From the NCBI RefSeq assembly GCF_044704955.1, contig NC_091999.1, positions 48,794,001 to 48,858,000 on the forward strand: a stretch of DNA of 64,000 bases, in the 5' to 3' direction. Positions 50,717 to 63,046 of this stretch are shown here, piece by piece (the first letter of the stretch is position 1; every line of letters starts with the position of its first letter). The stretch is from Pristiophorus japonicus (lineage: Eukaryota). The translations under genes were made by a program, and so were the position numbers. Under the pieces are notes generated by a model. That model was not told the origin of the DNA, searched no databases, and saw only the letters and a program-made list of their open reading frames with translations.

Positions 50717-50899
50717 GAAGCAGTTTCTCCCTACTCAGCGCACGGTGATCTGGGCTCTATTCCATCCTATTGAATGGACGTCTCTTGAGTTTCCTCCTTC
50801 CTCACACTCAATAAATAATCCGAATTAAATACCATTCCAAAATCCGGTTTATTGGAAGTTTCTCCTTAAAACGGTCCATTTCATTTCCCATTGTTGTTC

Positions 50900-51165
50900 T
50901 TGTTATATAACAATGACCTGGACTTGGTTATAGGGATTCCATCTCGAAGTTCGAAGATGAAGCAAAACCTGGCAACGTAGCCAATAGTGAGCATGATAGT
51001 AACAGACTTGAAGAGGAATCAGAGAGACGAGTGAAATGGGCCGGGACATGGCAGGTGCAATTTAATGCGGATAATTGAGAAGCGGTGCACTTTGGGTGGA
51101 ACAAGGAGAGGCAGTATCATCTAAATAGTATTGTTTTGAGGGGATACAAAAACAAAAATATCTGG
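50900..51165 (+). mobile_element. Old CR1 RT fragment
   Basis: Decayed NDLDL...SKFEDE...W..TWQVQFN...VHFG. Confidence 0.65.
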
Positions 51166-51296
51166 ATATTGCCCCGGTGTCAATATTACTAAAAATGTTA
51201 TTTAATGCTCACTGAAAGCCGATGTGCATGTGTTTGTATGTGGGGTTGGGGTTGAAGCCCAGATTCTCACAGAGACAGAATCCAGGTTCTCACAGG

Positions 51297-51378
51297 ACCA
51301 GGATAGCCGAGTGGTTGAGGCGTTGGCCTTAAAATTCAATGGGTTTTTCCCGCGTGGGTTCGTACCCAACTCCTGGTA
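51297..51378 (+). tRNA. tRNA-Leu(TAA), probable pseudogene
   Basis: ACCAGGA...TCCTGGTA acceptor stem. Anticodon-stem mismatch and altered T-arm. Confidence 0.75.
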
Positions 51379-52124
51379 TTTCTTGAATTTAACACGGATT
51401 TCCTCCCATTCTGATCAGTAAAGCCGGATATAAATCGGTTTAATCAGCAATTTTCTGTAACAATGTGACACTCTGAACCGATAATGAAATGAAATTGTGA
51501 AATGTATCTGTGTCGCTCGGTCTCTAACTCTCTCTCTCTCTTCAGAGAGTTGTGTATGCGTTTGTATGTTTGAGTCTTTGTCTCTCTCAGTCTGACTACT
51601 CTGTCTGTCCCTGTTTCTCTGTTTGTCTCTGTCTTTCAATCTGTCTCTTTCTCACGGTTCCACGTCTGTTCCAATGGGATTCTCTCAGACTCTTTGTCTG
51701 ACTGGCTCTCTCTTTTCCATCATTTCGGTCTGTCCATGTCTTTGCCTGTCTCTGTGAGTCCCTGCCTGTAAGCTGAGAAGTATTTCCATCATTTTCTGTT
51801 TTAGTCTCTATCGCTCTCTCTCCATCTGTCTCTCTCCTTGTCACTGTCTTTATCATTTTCTTTCTCTCACTCTTTCCCTCTCTCTCTTAATAGATCACAC
51901 ACACACATCTCTGTATATGTATATGTTTGAGTGTTTTTCACACTCAGTCTGCTTCTCCTTCTCAGTCTCACACTTTCTGTCTCTCGTTGTCTCTATCTCG
52001 CTGTCTGTCTCTCCCTGTTTGTCGGTTTGTCTCTGACTCTCAATGTGTCTGTCGACTTCTCATGGTGTCCGGTTCTGTTCACAGTGGCTCGATTCCTGCT
52101 CTGACAGAGCTGCTACCCGTCAGT

Positions 52125-52196
52125 TCCTCGTTAGCATAGTGCTGAGTATCCCCGCCTGTCACGTGGGTGACCGGGATTGAATTCCCCGACGCAGAG
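52125..52196 (+). tRNA. tRNA-Asp(GTC) pseudogene
   Basis: TCCTCGTTAG...CCTGTCACG... with A/B-box and acceptor-stem lesions. Confidence 0.75.
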
Positions 52197-52426
52197 GCAG
52201 TTGTTTCAAAATGTAGAATTTTACTTCTGTTTCTTGGTAGAGATTCATATTAAAAAGTTCCAGAGCAATAAAGAACTGTAAAAGTACACGCAGAGGTTAG
52301 AGCCTCTTCCAGATTTTGAGCAAACGGAGACTTTTTCACGATTCTTTGGCCGTCTGCTGCACAGAGATGGATGACTGACTTTTTTCTGAGTGAATCTCTA
52401 CCAAGTACTCACCAGGTTCTCACAGG

Positions 52427-52508
52427 ACCAGGATAGCCGAGTGGTTAAGACGTTGGCCTGAAAATTCAGTGGGTTTTTCCCGCGTGGGTTCGTACCCTAC
52501 TCCTGGTA
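52427..52508 (+). tRNA. tRNA-Leu body with anticodon changed to GAA, probable pseudogene
   Basis: Leu(TAA) scaffold with loop CT-GAA-AA (anticodon 52460-52462). Confidence 0.7.
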
Positions 52509-52749
52509 TCTTTTTAATTTGACACGGATTTCCTCCCATTCTGATCAGTAAAACCGGATTTTCATCGGTTGAATCAGCAATTTTCTGTAACAATGTGACA
52601 CTCTGAACCGATAATGAAATGAAATTGTGAAATGGATCTGTGTCGCTCGGTCTCTGCCTCTCTCTCTTCAGAGAACTGTGCATGTGTTTGGATGTTTGAG
52701 TCTTTGTCTCTCTCAGTATGACTCACTCTGTCTGTCCCTGAAAGACACA

Positions 52750-52829
52750 GTAGTCGTGGCCGAGTGGTGAAGGCGACGTACTCGAAATCCATTGGGTTAT
52801 CCCGCCAGGTTCGAATCCTGCCGACTACG
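52750..52829 (+). tRNA. tRNA-Ser(CGA) on an AGA-type body, probable pseudogene
   Basis: GTAGTCG...CGACTACG acceptor stem and intact GGTTCGAATCC. Anticodon-stem mismatches and a 2-nt deletion. Confidence 0.75.
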
Positions 52830-53592
52830 ATTCTCAGCATTTTTCATTCCATTTCACAATTTAACCGGTTATCTGCCAAACTGATCCTGAGATCGATGGA
52901 ATAACGTCCCACACCTTTCAACCTGACATTTTTTTCTCATTTTTATTAATCTGCAATATTCACGATATATCAGTTTCAAAAATGGCAAACATCAGTCAAA
53001 GTTGCGACAGTGATTCAGCCTGTCTATCCCTCGAGATGTCTGAGGCATCTGTGCATGCCCGTTGGTGCGTGCAAATTTTTGGTTATGTATCTGTGTGTCT
53101 CTGTGTCTGTCTATCTCTATATATGTCTCTGTGTATGTGCGACTGTCTGTGGAAATCATCACCATGAATTTGGTATGTCCTGGAACTTATAAAAAAGACT
53201 TGGGGAAAATAATACGGTTGTGAACTTTTGTATCGGCTTTGGTTCAGTGGCAGCATTCTCGACTGAATCGGGAGTTTGTGTGATCAAGTCGCACTCCTGA
53301 GACTTGAGCATTATCATCTTGGCTAACACTCAAGTGCAGCACTTGGGGAATTTTGCAATGTTGAAGCTGTTGACTTTCGGATGAAATGTTAAATTGAAGC
53401 TCCGTCTGCACCCTCGGGTGGATATGAAAGGTCCCAGAGCATTACTCGAAAAAGAATAGGAGAGTTGCCCCCGTGTCCATATTGCTAAAAATGTTCGTAA
53501 ATGCTCACTGAAAGCCGATGTGCATGTGTTTGAATGTGGGGTTGGGGTTGAAGCCCAGATTCTCACAGAGACAGAATCCAGGTTCTCACAGG

Positions 53593-53676
53593 ACCAGAAT
53601 AGCCGAGTGGTTGAGGCGTTGGCCTTAAAACTCAATGGGGTTTTTTCCCGCGTGGGTTCGTACCCCACTCCTGTTA
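53593..53676 (+). tRNA. tRNA-Leu(TAA) pseudogene
   Basis: Paralogue of 51297 with acceptor-stem mismatches. Confidence 0.7.
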
Positions 53677-54393
53677 TCTCTTTAATTTGACACGGATTTG
53701 CTCCCATTTTGATCAGTAAAACCGGATATAAATCGGTTTAATCAGCAATGTTCTGTAACAATGTGACACTCTGAACCGATAATGAAATGAAATTGTGAAA
53801 TATATCTGTGTCGCTCGGTCTCTGCCTCTCTCTCTTCAGAGAACTAAGCATGTGTTTGAATGTTTGAGTCTTTGACTCACTCTGTCTGTCCCTGTTTCTC
53901 TGTTTGTCTCTGTCTCTCAATCTGTCTCTTTCTTACTGTGCCACATCTGTTCCAATGGGATTCTCTCAGACTCTTTGTCTGACTGGCTCTCTCTTTCCCA
54001 TCATTTCGGTCTGTCCATGTCTTTGCCTGTCTCTGTTAGCCCCTGCCTGTAAGCTGAGAAGTATCTCCATCATTTTCTGTTTTAGTCTCTCTATCTGTCT
54101 CTCTCCTTGTCACTGTCTTTATCATTGTCTTTCTCTCACTCTTTCCCTCTCTCTCTTAATAGATCACAAACACACATCTCTGTATATGTATATGTTTGAG
54201 TCTTTTTCTCACTCAGTCTGCTAATCCTTCTCAGTCTCACACTTTCTGTCTCTCGTTGTCTCAATCTCGCTGTCTGTCTCTCCCTGTTTGTCGGTTTGTC
54301 TCTGTCTCTCAATGTGTCTGTCGACTTCTCATGGTGTCCAGTTCTGTTCACAGTGGCTCGATTCTTGCTCTGACAGAACTGGTACCCGTCAGT

Positions 54394-54465
54394 TCCTCGT
54401 TAATATAATGATGAATATCCCCGCCTGTCATGCTGGAGACTGGGGTTCAATTCCCCGACGGGGAG
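54394..54465 (+). tRNA. tRNA-Asp(GTC), probable pseudogene
   Basis: Acceptor and T arms largely intact; D-loop GG lost. Confidence 0.75.
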
Positions 54466-54684
54466 GCAGTTATTTAAAAATGTAGAATGTTACTTCTATT
54501 TCTTGGTAGAGATTCATATTAAATGTTCCAGAGCAATATCGAACTGTAAAAATACAGGGGGAGGAGATTGCCTCGTCCAGATTTTCAGCAACGGAGAATT
54601 TTTCAGGAGTCTTTGGCCGTCTGCTGCACAGACATGGATGACTGAGTTTTTTCTTAGGCCAAGTACGGACCACGTTCTCACAGG

Positions 54685-54766
54685 ACCAGGATAGCCGAGT
54701 GGTTAAGGCGTTGGTCTTAAAATTCAATGGGTTTTTCCCGCATGGGTTCGTACCCCACTCCAGGTA
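54685..54766 (+). tRNA. tRNA-Leu(TAA), probable pseudogene
   Basis: D-arm intact; mismatches in acceptor, anticodon and T stems. Confidence 0.75.
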
Positions 54767-55007
54767 TATCTTTAATTTGACACGGATTTACTCCCATTCT
54801 GATCAGTAAAACCGGATTTAAATCGGTTGAATCAGCAATTTTCTGCAACAATGTGACACTCTGAACCGATAATGAAATGAAATTGTGAAATGTGTCAGTG
54901 TCGCTCGGTCTCTGCCTCTCTCTCTTCAGAGAACTCAGCATGTGTTTGTATGTTTGAGTCTTTGTCTCTCTCAGTCTGACTCACTCTGTCTGTCGCTGAA
55001 AGACACA

Positions 55008-55087
55008 GTAGTCGTGGCCGAGTGGTTAAGACGACGGACTCGAAATCCATTGGGTTAGCCCGCCAGGTTCGAATACTGCCGACTATG
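55008..55087 (+). tRNA. tRNA-Ser(CGA), probable pseudogene
   Basis: Paralogue of 52750 with the same anticodon and deletion. Confidence 0.72.
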
Positions 55088-55382
55088 ATTCTCAGCATTG
55101 TTCATTCCATTTCACAATTTAACCGGTTCTCTGCCAAACTGATCCTGCGATAGATGGAATAACGTCCCACACCTTTCAACACTGACATTTTATTCTCATT
55201 TTTATTAATCTGCAATATTCACGATACATCCGTTTCAAAAATCGCAAACATCAGTCAAAGTTGCAACAGTGATTCAGCCTGTCTATCCCTCGAGATGTCT
55301 AAGGTATCTGTGCATGCCCGTTGTTGCGTGCAAATTTTTGGTTATGTGTGTGTGTGTCTCAGTGTCTGTCTATCTCTATATA

Positions 55383-56035
55383 TGGCATGTTCGCTTTCAT
55401 AGCTAGGTGATTTGAGTATAGGAGCAGGGATGTCTTACTGCAGTTGTACAGGGCCTTGGTGAGGCCATACCTGGAATGTTGTGTTCAATTTTTGTCCCCG
55501 AATCTGAGAAAGGACGTCCTTGATATTGAGGGAGTACAGCGAAGGTTCACCAGCATGATTCCCGGGATGGCAGGATTGACATCTGAGGAGAGACTGGATC
55601 AACTGGACTGGTATCCACTGGAGTTTAGAAGAATGAAAGGGGATCACACAGAAACATATAAAATTCTGACTAGATTGGACAGCTTAGAGACTGGAAGAAT
55701 GTTCTCGTTGCTGGGGAGTATGCGACCAAGGATTAGAGTCGAAGATTAAGGGGTAAGCCATTTAGGACCGAGATGACGAGAAACCTATTCACTCAGAGAG
55801 TGGTTATCCTGTGAAATTTTCTACCGCAGAAAGTAGTTGAGGCCAGTTCGTTAGATATAATCAAAAGGGAGTTAGATATGCCCCTTACGGCTAAAGCGAT
55901 CAAGGGGTATGGAGAGAAAGCAGGAAATGGGTACTGAGGTTGAATGATGAGCCATGATCTTATTGAATGGTGGTGCAGGCTCGAAGGGCCGAATGTCATA
56001 TTCCTGCACCTAATTTCTATGTCTCTATGTTTCTA
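55383..56035 (+). mobile_element. CR1 3' fragment carried in the tRNA repeat unit (also 58440-59165 and 61715-62445)
   Basis: LYRALVRP.LE.CVQF.SP motif and (TTTCTATG)n tail at the same position in three units. Confidence 0.88.
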
Positions 56036-56573
56036 TGTTGATGCGTGTATATTTTTGATTATTGTGTGTGCGTGTATCTGTTTATGTCTATCTGTATGTA
56101 TATCTCTGTGTATGTGCAAATGTCTGTGGAAATCATCACCATGAATTTGGTACGTCCTGGAACTTTTTAAAAAACTTGGGAAAAATAATACGGTTGTGAT
56201 CTTTGGTATCGGTTTTGGTTCAGTGGCTCCATTCTCGACTGAATCAGGAGGTTGTGTGTGTAAGACCCACTCCTGAGACTTAAACACATCATCTTGGATG
56301 ACACTCAAATGCAGTATTTGGGGAATGTTGCATTATTGAAGCTGTTGACCATCGGCTGAAATTTTAAATTGAAGCTCCATCTGCACCCTCGGGTGGATGT
56401 GAAAGGTCCCAGAGCCTTAGTCGAAAAAGAATCGGAGAGCTGCGCCCGTGTCAATATTACGAAAAATGTTCATAAATGCTCCCTGAAATCCAATGTGTCT
56501 CTGTGTCACTGTGGGGGTGGAGCTGAATTCCAGATTCTGACAGAGATAGAGTCCAACCACTGACAGGATCAGG

Positions 56574-56656
56574 ACCAGGATGGCCGAGTAGTAAAGGCGT
56601 TGGACGTAAGATGTAATGGGTTTATACCCGCGTGGGTTCAACCCCGCCTTCTGGTA
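56574..56656 (+). tRNA. tRNA-Leu(TAA) pseudogene
   Basis: Leu scaffold with a damaged anticodon arm and B-box. Confidence 0.7.
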
Positions 56657-57837
56657 ATTCCTTAATAAAACGGAGATTTTTCCCATCCTGCTCAGTGATA
56701 CCCGACTTTCATCTGCTGAATCTCCACTTTTCTGTAACTCTGTGACACTCTGAGCCGAAAAAGAAATGAAATTTTGAAATGTATCTGTGTCGCTCTCTCT
56801 CTTTAGAGAGCTGTGTTTGTGTGTGTGTGTTTGAGTCTTTGTCCCTCTCAGTCTACCTCTCTCTGACACTCTCTGTTTGTCCCTGTTTCTCTGTTTGTCT
56901 CTGTCTCTCAATCTGTCTCTTTCTCACGGTGTCTAGTTCTGTTGCCATGGGATTCTCTCAGACTCTCTGTCTGACTGCCTCTCTCTGTCCCATTATCTCT
57001 GTCTGTCCATGTCCTTGTCTGTCTCTGTTAGTCTCTGTCTCTAACCTGATAAGTATTTCCATTATTTTCTGTTTTTGTCTCTATGTCTCTCTCTCTATCT
57101 GTCTTTCTCTCTATCTATCTCCCTCTTTTTCTCTCTCTTTGTCCCTGTCCTTTTCTCTGTCATTCCATCACTATTTGCCTCCCTCTCTTTATGGAGCATG
57201 CAAATACATCTCTGTGTATGTATGAGTTTGAGTCGTTTTCTCATTCAGTCTGATCCTCCCTTTCAGACTCAAAGTTGATGTCTCTCTTTGTCTCTGTCTC
57301 GCTGTCTGTCTCTCCCTGTTTCCCTGTTTGTCTCTGGTTCTCAATGTGTCTGTCTCTTTCTCACCGTGTCCAGTTCTGTTCGAACGGGATACTCTCAATC
57401 TCTCTGTCTGACTTTTTCACTCTTTACCATCATCTCTGTCTGTCTATGTTTCTGCCTATCTGTCTCTCTTTGCCTGTCGCTGGTAGTTCCTGTCTCTAAC
57501 CTGCTGAGTATTTCCATCATTTTCTGTTTATATCTTTGTCTCTCTCTCTATCTGTCGCTCTCTCTCCATCTGTCTCTCACCTTGTCACTGCTTTATCACT
57601 GTCTTTCTCTCACTCTTTCCCTCTCTCTTCTTATAGATCACACACACGCATCGCTGTATATGTAGGTGTTTGAGTCTTTTTCTCGCTGACTCTGACTGAC
57701 TTTTCAGTCTCACCCTTTCTGTCTCTCGTTGTCTCTCTCTCGCTGACTGCCGATCCCTGTTTATCGGTTTGTCTCTGTCGATCAATGTTTCTGTCGACTT
57801 CTGTTCACAGCTCGATGACTGCTCTGACGCAACCCGT

Positions 57838-57911
57838 TCCCTCGTCCGTGTCATGCCGATTATGCCCCCCTTTTACGTGGGAGAACCGGGTTCAATTCCC
57901 CGACGGAAAAG
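57838..57911 (+). pseudogene. Highly degenerate tRNA-Asp
   Basis: Positional equivalent of 52125; retains GGGTTCAATTCCCCGACGG. Confidence 0.6.
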
Positions 57912-58128
57912 CAGCTTTTTCAAAATGTTGAATTTTACTTCTGTTTCTTGGTATAGTTTTTATTAAAAAGTTCCACATCAATATAGAACAGTAAAAATAC
58001 AGCAAGAGGAGATTGCCTCTTACAGATCTTTTGCAAACGGAGACTTTTTCAGAAGTCTGTGGCCGTCTGTTGCACAGAGATGGATGACTGAGTTTTTTCT
58101 GAATAACATTTAAAGTGCCAGAGACGCA

Positions 58129-58210
58129 GTAGTTGTTGCCGAGTGGTTAAAGCGAAGGTCTAGAAGTCCTGTCGGTTTGCTGCTTGTAGTTTCGAATCCT
58201 GCCGACTACG
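58129..58210 (+). tRNA. tRNA-Ser(AGA) pseudogene
   Basis: GTAGTTG...CT-AGA-AG...TTCGAATCCTGCCGACTACG. Confidence 0.7.
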
Positions 58211-59682
58211 ATTCACAGCATTTTCCATTCCATTTTACAATTTAACCAGGTTTTTGCAAAACGGATCCTGAGATAGGCAGAATAACGTCCCACACATTTC
58301 AACACTGACATCTATTTCTCATTTTTATTAATCTGCAATATTCATGATTCATACGGATAGAAAAACGCAAAAATCAGCCAAAGTACCGACAGTGACCCTG
58401 CCTGTCTATCCATCTACTTGTCAAAGGCAATCTATGTATATCTTGATCTGGGTGCCATGGTACATCAGTCATTGATTGTTGGTGTGCAGGTGCAGCAGGC
58501 GGTGAAGAAGGCTAATGGCATGTTCCCCTTCATAGCTAGGGGATTTGAGTATAGGAGCAGGGAGATCTTACTGCATTTGTCCAGGGCCTCCGTGAGGCCA
58601 CACCTGGAATACTGTGTTCAGTTTTGGTCTCCGAATCTGAGGAAGGACGTCCTTGCTATTGAGGGAGTACAGCGAAGGTTCACCAGCATGATTCCCGGGA
58701 TGGCAAGACTGACATATGAGGAGAGACTGGATGAACTGGGCTGGTATCCACTGGAGTATAGAAGATTGAGAGTAGATCAGAAGAAACATGAAAAATTCTG
58801 ACGAGATTGGACAGCTTAGAGGCTGGAAGCATGTTCTCGCTGCTGGGGAGTTCGAGACCAAGGATCAGAGTCTAAGAGTAAGGGGTAAGCCATTTAGAAA
58901 CCGAGATGAAGAGAAACGTCTTCACTGAGAGAGTGGATAACCAGTGAAATTTTCCACTGCAGAAAGTCGTTGAGGCCAGTACGTTAGATATATTCAAAAG
59001 GGAGTTAGATATTGCCCTTACGGCTAAAGGGATGAAGGGGTATAGAGAGGAAGCAGGAAAGGGGTACTGAGATTGAATGATCAGCCATGATGTTATTAAA
59101 TGGTAGTGCAGGCTCGAAGGGCCGAATGGCATATTCCTGCACCTAATTTCTATGTTTCTATGTTGATGCGTGTATATTGTTGGTTATTGTGTGTGTCGTG
59201 TGTCTGTGTCTGTCTATCTGTATGTATGTCTCTGTGTATGTGCAACTGTCTGTGAAAATCATCACCATGAATTTGGTACGTCCTGGAACTTTTTAAAAAA
59301 CTTGGGGTAAAATAATACAGTTGTGAACTTTGGTATCGGTTTTGGTTCAGTGGCTCCTTTCTCGACTGAATCAGGAGGTTGTGTGTGTAAGTCCCACTCC
59401 TGAGACTTGAACCCATAATCTTGGCTGACACTCAAATGCAGTACTTGGGGAATGTTGCATTGTTGAAGCTGTTGACCATCGGCTGAAATTTTAAATTGAA
59501 GCTCCATCTGCACCCTCGGGTGGATGTGAAAGTTCCCAGAGCCTTAGTCGAAAAATAATAGGAGAGTTGCGCCCGTGATAATATAACGAAAAATGTTTGT
59601 AAATGCTCCCTGAAATCAGATGTGTCTGGAGCTGAAGCCCAGATTCTCACAGAGGCAGAGTCCAACCTCTGACAGGTTTAGG

Positions 59683-59765
59683 ACCAGGATGGCCGAGTGG
59701 TAAAAACGTTAGACTTAAAATCTAATGGGTTTATACTCGCGTGGGTTCGAACCCCACTCCTGGTA
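59683..59765 (+). tRNA. tRNA-Leu(TAA), one of the best-preserved copies (D-stem broken)
   Basis: Fully paired acceptor, anticodon (TTAGA/TCTAA) and T arms. The D-stem 3' strand GGC is changed to AAC. Confidence 0.78.
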
Positions 59766-60823
59766 ATTCCTTAATTAAACAGAGATTTTTCCCATCCTGC
59801 TCAGTGATACCCGATTTTCATCTGCTGAATCTCCAGTTTTCTGTAACGATGTGACACTCTGAGCATGAAATGAAATTGTGAAATGTCTCTGCTGCTCTCT
59901 CTCTCTTTCGAGAGCTGTGCATGTGTTTGTCTGTTTGAGACTTTGTCTCTCTCTGACCCACGCTGTCTCTCAATCTGTCTCTTTCTCACGGTGTCCAGTA
60001 CTGTTGCAATGGTATTCTCTCAGACTCTCTGTCTGAATGCCTCTCTCTGTCCCATTGTCTCTGTCTGTCCATGTCCTTGCCTGTCTCTGTCTCTAACCTG
60101 ATAAGTATTTCCATTATTTTCTGTCTTTCTCTCTATCTGTCTCCCTCTTTTTCTCTCTCTTTGTCCCTGTCCTTTTCTCTGACATTCCATCACTATTTGC
60201 CCCCCTCTCTTTTTGGAGCACGCAAATACATCTCTGTGTATGTATGTGTTTGAGTCTTTTTCTCATTCAGTCTGATCCTCCCTTTCAGTCTCAAACTTTC
60301 TGTCTCTCTTTGTCTCTATCTCACTGTCTGTCTCTCCCTGTTTCCCTGTTTGTCTTTGGTTCTGAATGTGTCTGTCTCTTTCTCACGGTGTCCAGTTCTG
60401 TTCGAAAGGGATTCACTCAATCTCTCTGTCTGGCTGTCTCACTCTTTCCCATAATCTCTGTCTGTCTATGTTTCTGCCTATCTGTCTCTCTTTGCCTGTC
60501 GCTGGTATTTTCTACCTCTCAACTGCTGAGTATTTCCATCATTTTCTGTTTATATCTGTCTCTCTCTCTATCTGTCGCTCTCTCTCTATCTGTCTCTCTC
60601 CTTGTCACTGTCTTTCTCTCACTCTTTCCCTCTCTCTCTTTATATGTAGGGGTTTGAGTCTTTTTCTCACTGAGTCTGCCTCACTTTTCAGTCTCACCCT
60701 TTCTGTCTCGCGTTGTCTCTCTCTCTCGCTGTCTGTCTATCCCTGTTTGTCGGTTTGTCTCTGTCGATCAATGTGTCTGTCGACTTCTGTTCACAGCTCG
60801 ATTACTGCTCTAACGCAACCCGT

Positions 60824-60896
60824 ACCGTCGTCCATATAGTGGTGATTATTCCCGCTTGTTATGCGGGAGAACTGGGTTGAATTTCCCGACGGCGCA
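60824..60896 (+). pseudogene. Degenerate tRNA-Asp
   Basis: TATAGTGGTGA...CCCGC TTGTTAT GCGGG... at the Asp position of the unit. Confidence 0.6.
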
Positions 60897-61114
60897 GCAG
60901 TTTTTTCAAAATGTCGAATTTTACTTCTGTTTCTTTGTATAGATTTTATTAAAAAGTTCCAGAGCAATATAGAACAGTAAAAATACAGCAAGAGGAGATT
61001 GCCTCTTCCAGATTTTTTGCAAACGGAGACTTTTTCAGGATTCTGTTGCCGACCGCTGCACAGAGATGGACGACTGAATTTTTTCTGAGTAACATTTAAA
61101 GTGCCAGAGATGCA

Positions 61115-61196
61115 GTAATTGTGGCCGAGTGGTTAAAGCGATGGACTAGAAATACTTTGGGTTTTCTGCGCGTAGGTTTGAATCCTGCCGACTACG
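61115..61196 (+). tRNA. tRNA-Ser(AGA) pseudogene
   Basis: ATGGACTAGAAAT anticodon arm and the Ser 3' end. Confidence 0.72.
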
Positions 61197-62963
61197 ATTC
61201 TCAGCATTTTTCATTCCATTTAACAATTTAACCAGGTTTTGGCAAAACTGATCCTGAGATAGATGGAATAACGTCCCACACCTTTCAACACTGACATTTT
61301 TTTCACATTTCTGCTAGTCTGCAATATTCACGATACATACGGATAGAAAAATGCAAAAATCAGCCAAAGCAGTGACTCAGCCTGTCTATCCCTCGATATG
61401 TCAAAGGCATCTGTGCATGTCCGTTGGTGCATGTATATTTTTGGTTATGTGTGTGTGTGTGTGTGTGTGTTTCTGTGTCTGTCTATCTGTATATATGTCT
61501 CTGTGTATGTGCAACTGTCTGTGGAAATAATCAACATGAATTTGGCATGTCCTGGAACTTTTTCAAAAGACTTGGAGAAAATAATACGGTTGTGAACTTT
61601 TGCATTGGCTTTGGTTCAGTGGCAGCATTCTCGACGGAAAAACGCAAAAGCCAGCCAAAGCAGCGACAGTGACCCTGCCTGCCTATCCGTCTATTTGTCT
61701 AAGGCACTCTGTGTATATCTTGATCTGGGTGTCATGGTACATCTGTCATTGAAAGTGGGTATGCAAGCGCAACAGGCAGTGAAGAAGGCAAATGGCATGT
61801 TCGCCTTCATAGCTAGGTGCTTTGAATATAGGAGCAGGGAAGTCTTCCTGCAGTTGTACAGGGCCTTGGTGAAGCCACACGTTAAATATTTTGTTAGTTT
61901 TGGTCTCCAAATCTGAGGAAGGACGTCAGAATTGATGGAGCACAGCGAAGGTTCACCAGCTTGATTCCAGGGATGGCAGGACTGTCATATGAGGATAGAC
62001 TGGATCAACTCTGCTGGTATCCACTGGAGTTTAGAAGAATGAGAGAGGATCTCATAGAAACATATCAAATTCTGACGAGATTGGACAAGTGAGAGGCAGG
62101 AAGAATGTTTCTGTTGCTGGGGAGTTCGAGAACCAGGGGTCACAGTCTCAGAATAAGGGGTAAGCCATTTAGGACCAAGATGAGGAGAAACAGCTTCATT
62201 CAGAGAGTGGTTAACCTGTGGAATTCTCTACCGCAGAAAGTTGTTGAAGCCAGTTCGTTAGATATATTGAAGAGGGAGTCAGATATGTCCCTTACGGCTC
62301 AACGGATCAAGGGATATGGAGAGAAAGGAGGATATAGGTACTGAGGTTGAATGATCAGCCATGATCTCATTGAATCGTGGTGCAGGCTGGAAGGGCCGAA
62401 TGGCCTACTCCTGCAACTAATTTCTATGTTTCTATGTTTCTATGTTGATGCGTGTATATTTTTGGTTATTTTATGTGTGTGTGTGTCTGTGTATGTCTAT
62501 CTGTATATTTGTCTCTCTGTATGTGCAACTGTCTGTGGAAATCATCACCAAGAATTTGGTATGTCCTGGAACTTTTAAAAAAACTTGGGGAAAATAATAC
62601 GGTTGTGATCTTTGGTATCGGCTTTGTTTCAGTGGCTCCATTCAAAAGGTCGTGTGTGTAAGTCCCTCTCCTGAGACTTGAGCGCATCATCTTGGCTGAC
62701 ACTCAAATGCATTACTCTGGGAATTTTGCATTGTTGAAGCTGTTGATCATCGAATGAAATGTGAAATTAAAGCTCCGCCTGCACCCTCGGATGGATGTGA
62801 AAGGTCCCAGAGCATTACTCGAAAAAGAATAGGAGAGTTGCCCCGTGTCAATATCACGAAAAATGTTCGAAAATGCTCCCTGAAACCCTCTGTGTCTGTG
62901 TGTGTCTGTGGGGGTGGAGCTGAAGCCCAAATTCTGACAGAGACAAAACCCGTTTCTGCCAGG

Positions 62964-63046
62964 ACCAGGATGGCCGAGTGGTTAAAGTGTTGGACTTAAA
63001 ATCCAATGGATTTATAACTGTGTGGGTTCGAACCCCACTCCTGGTA
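62964..63046 (+). tRNA. tRNA-Leu(TAA), near-intact
   Basis: Acceptor, anticodon (TTGGA/TCCAA) and T arms intact. D-stem and variable arm are weakened. Confidence 0.78.
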
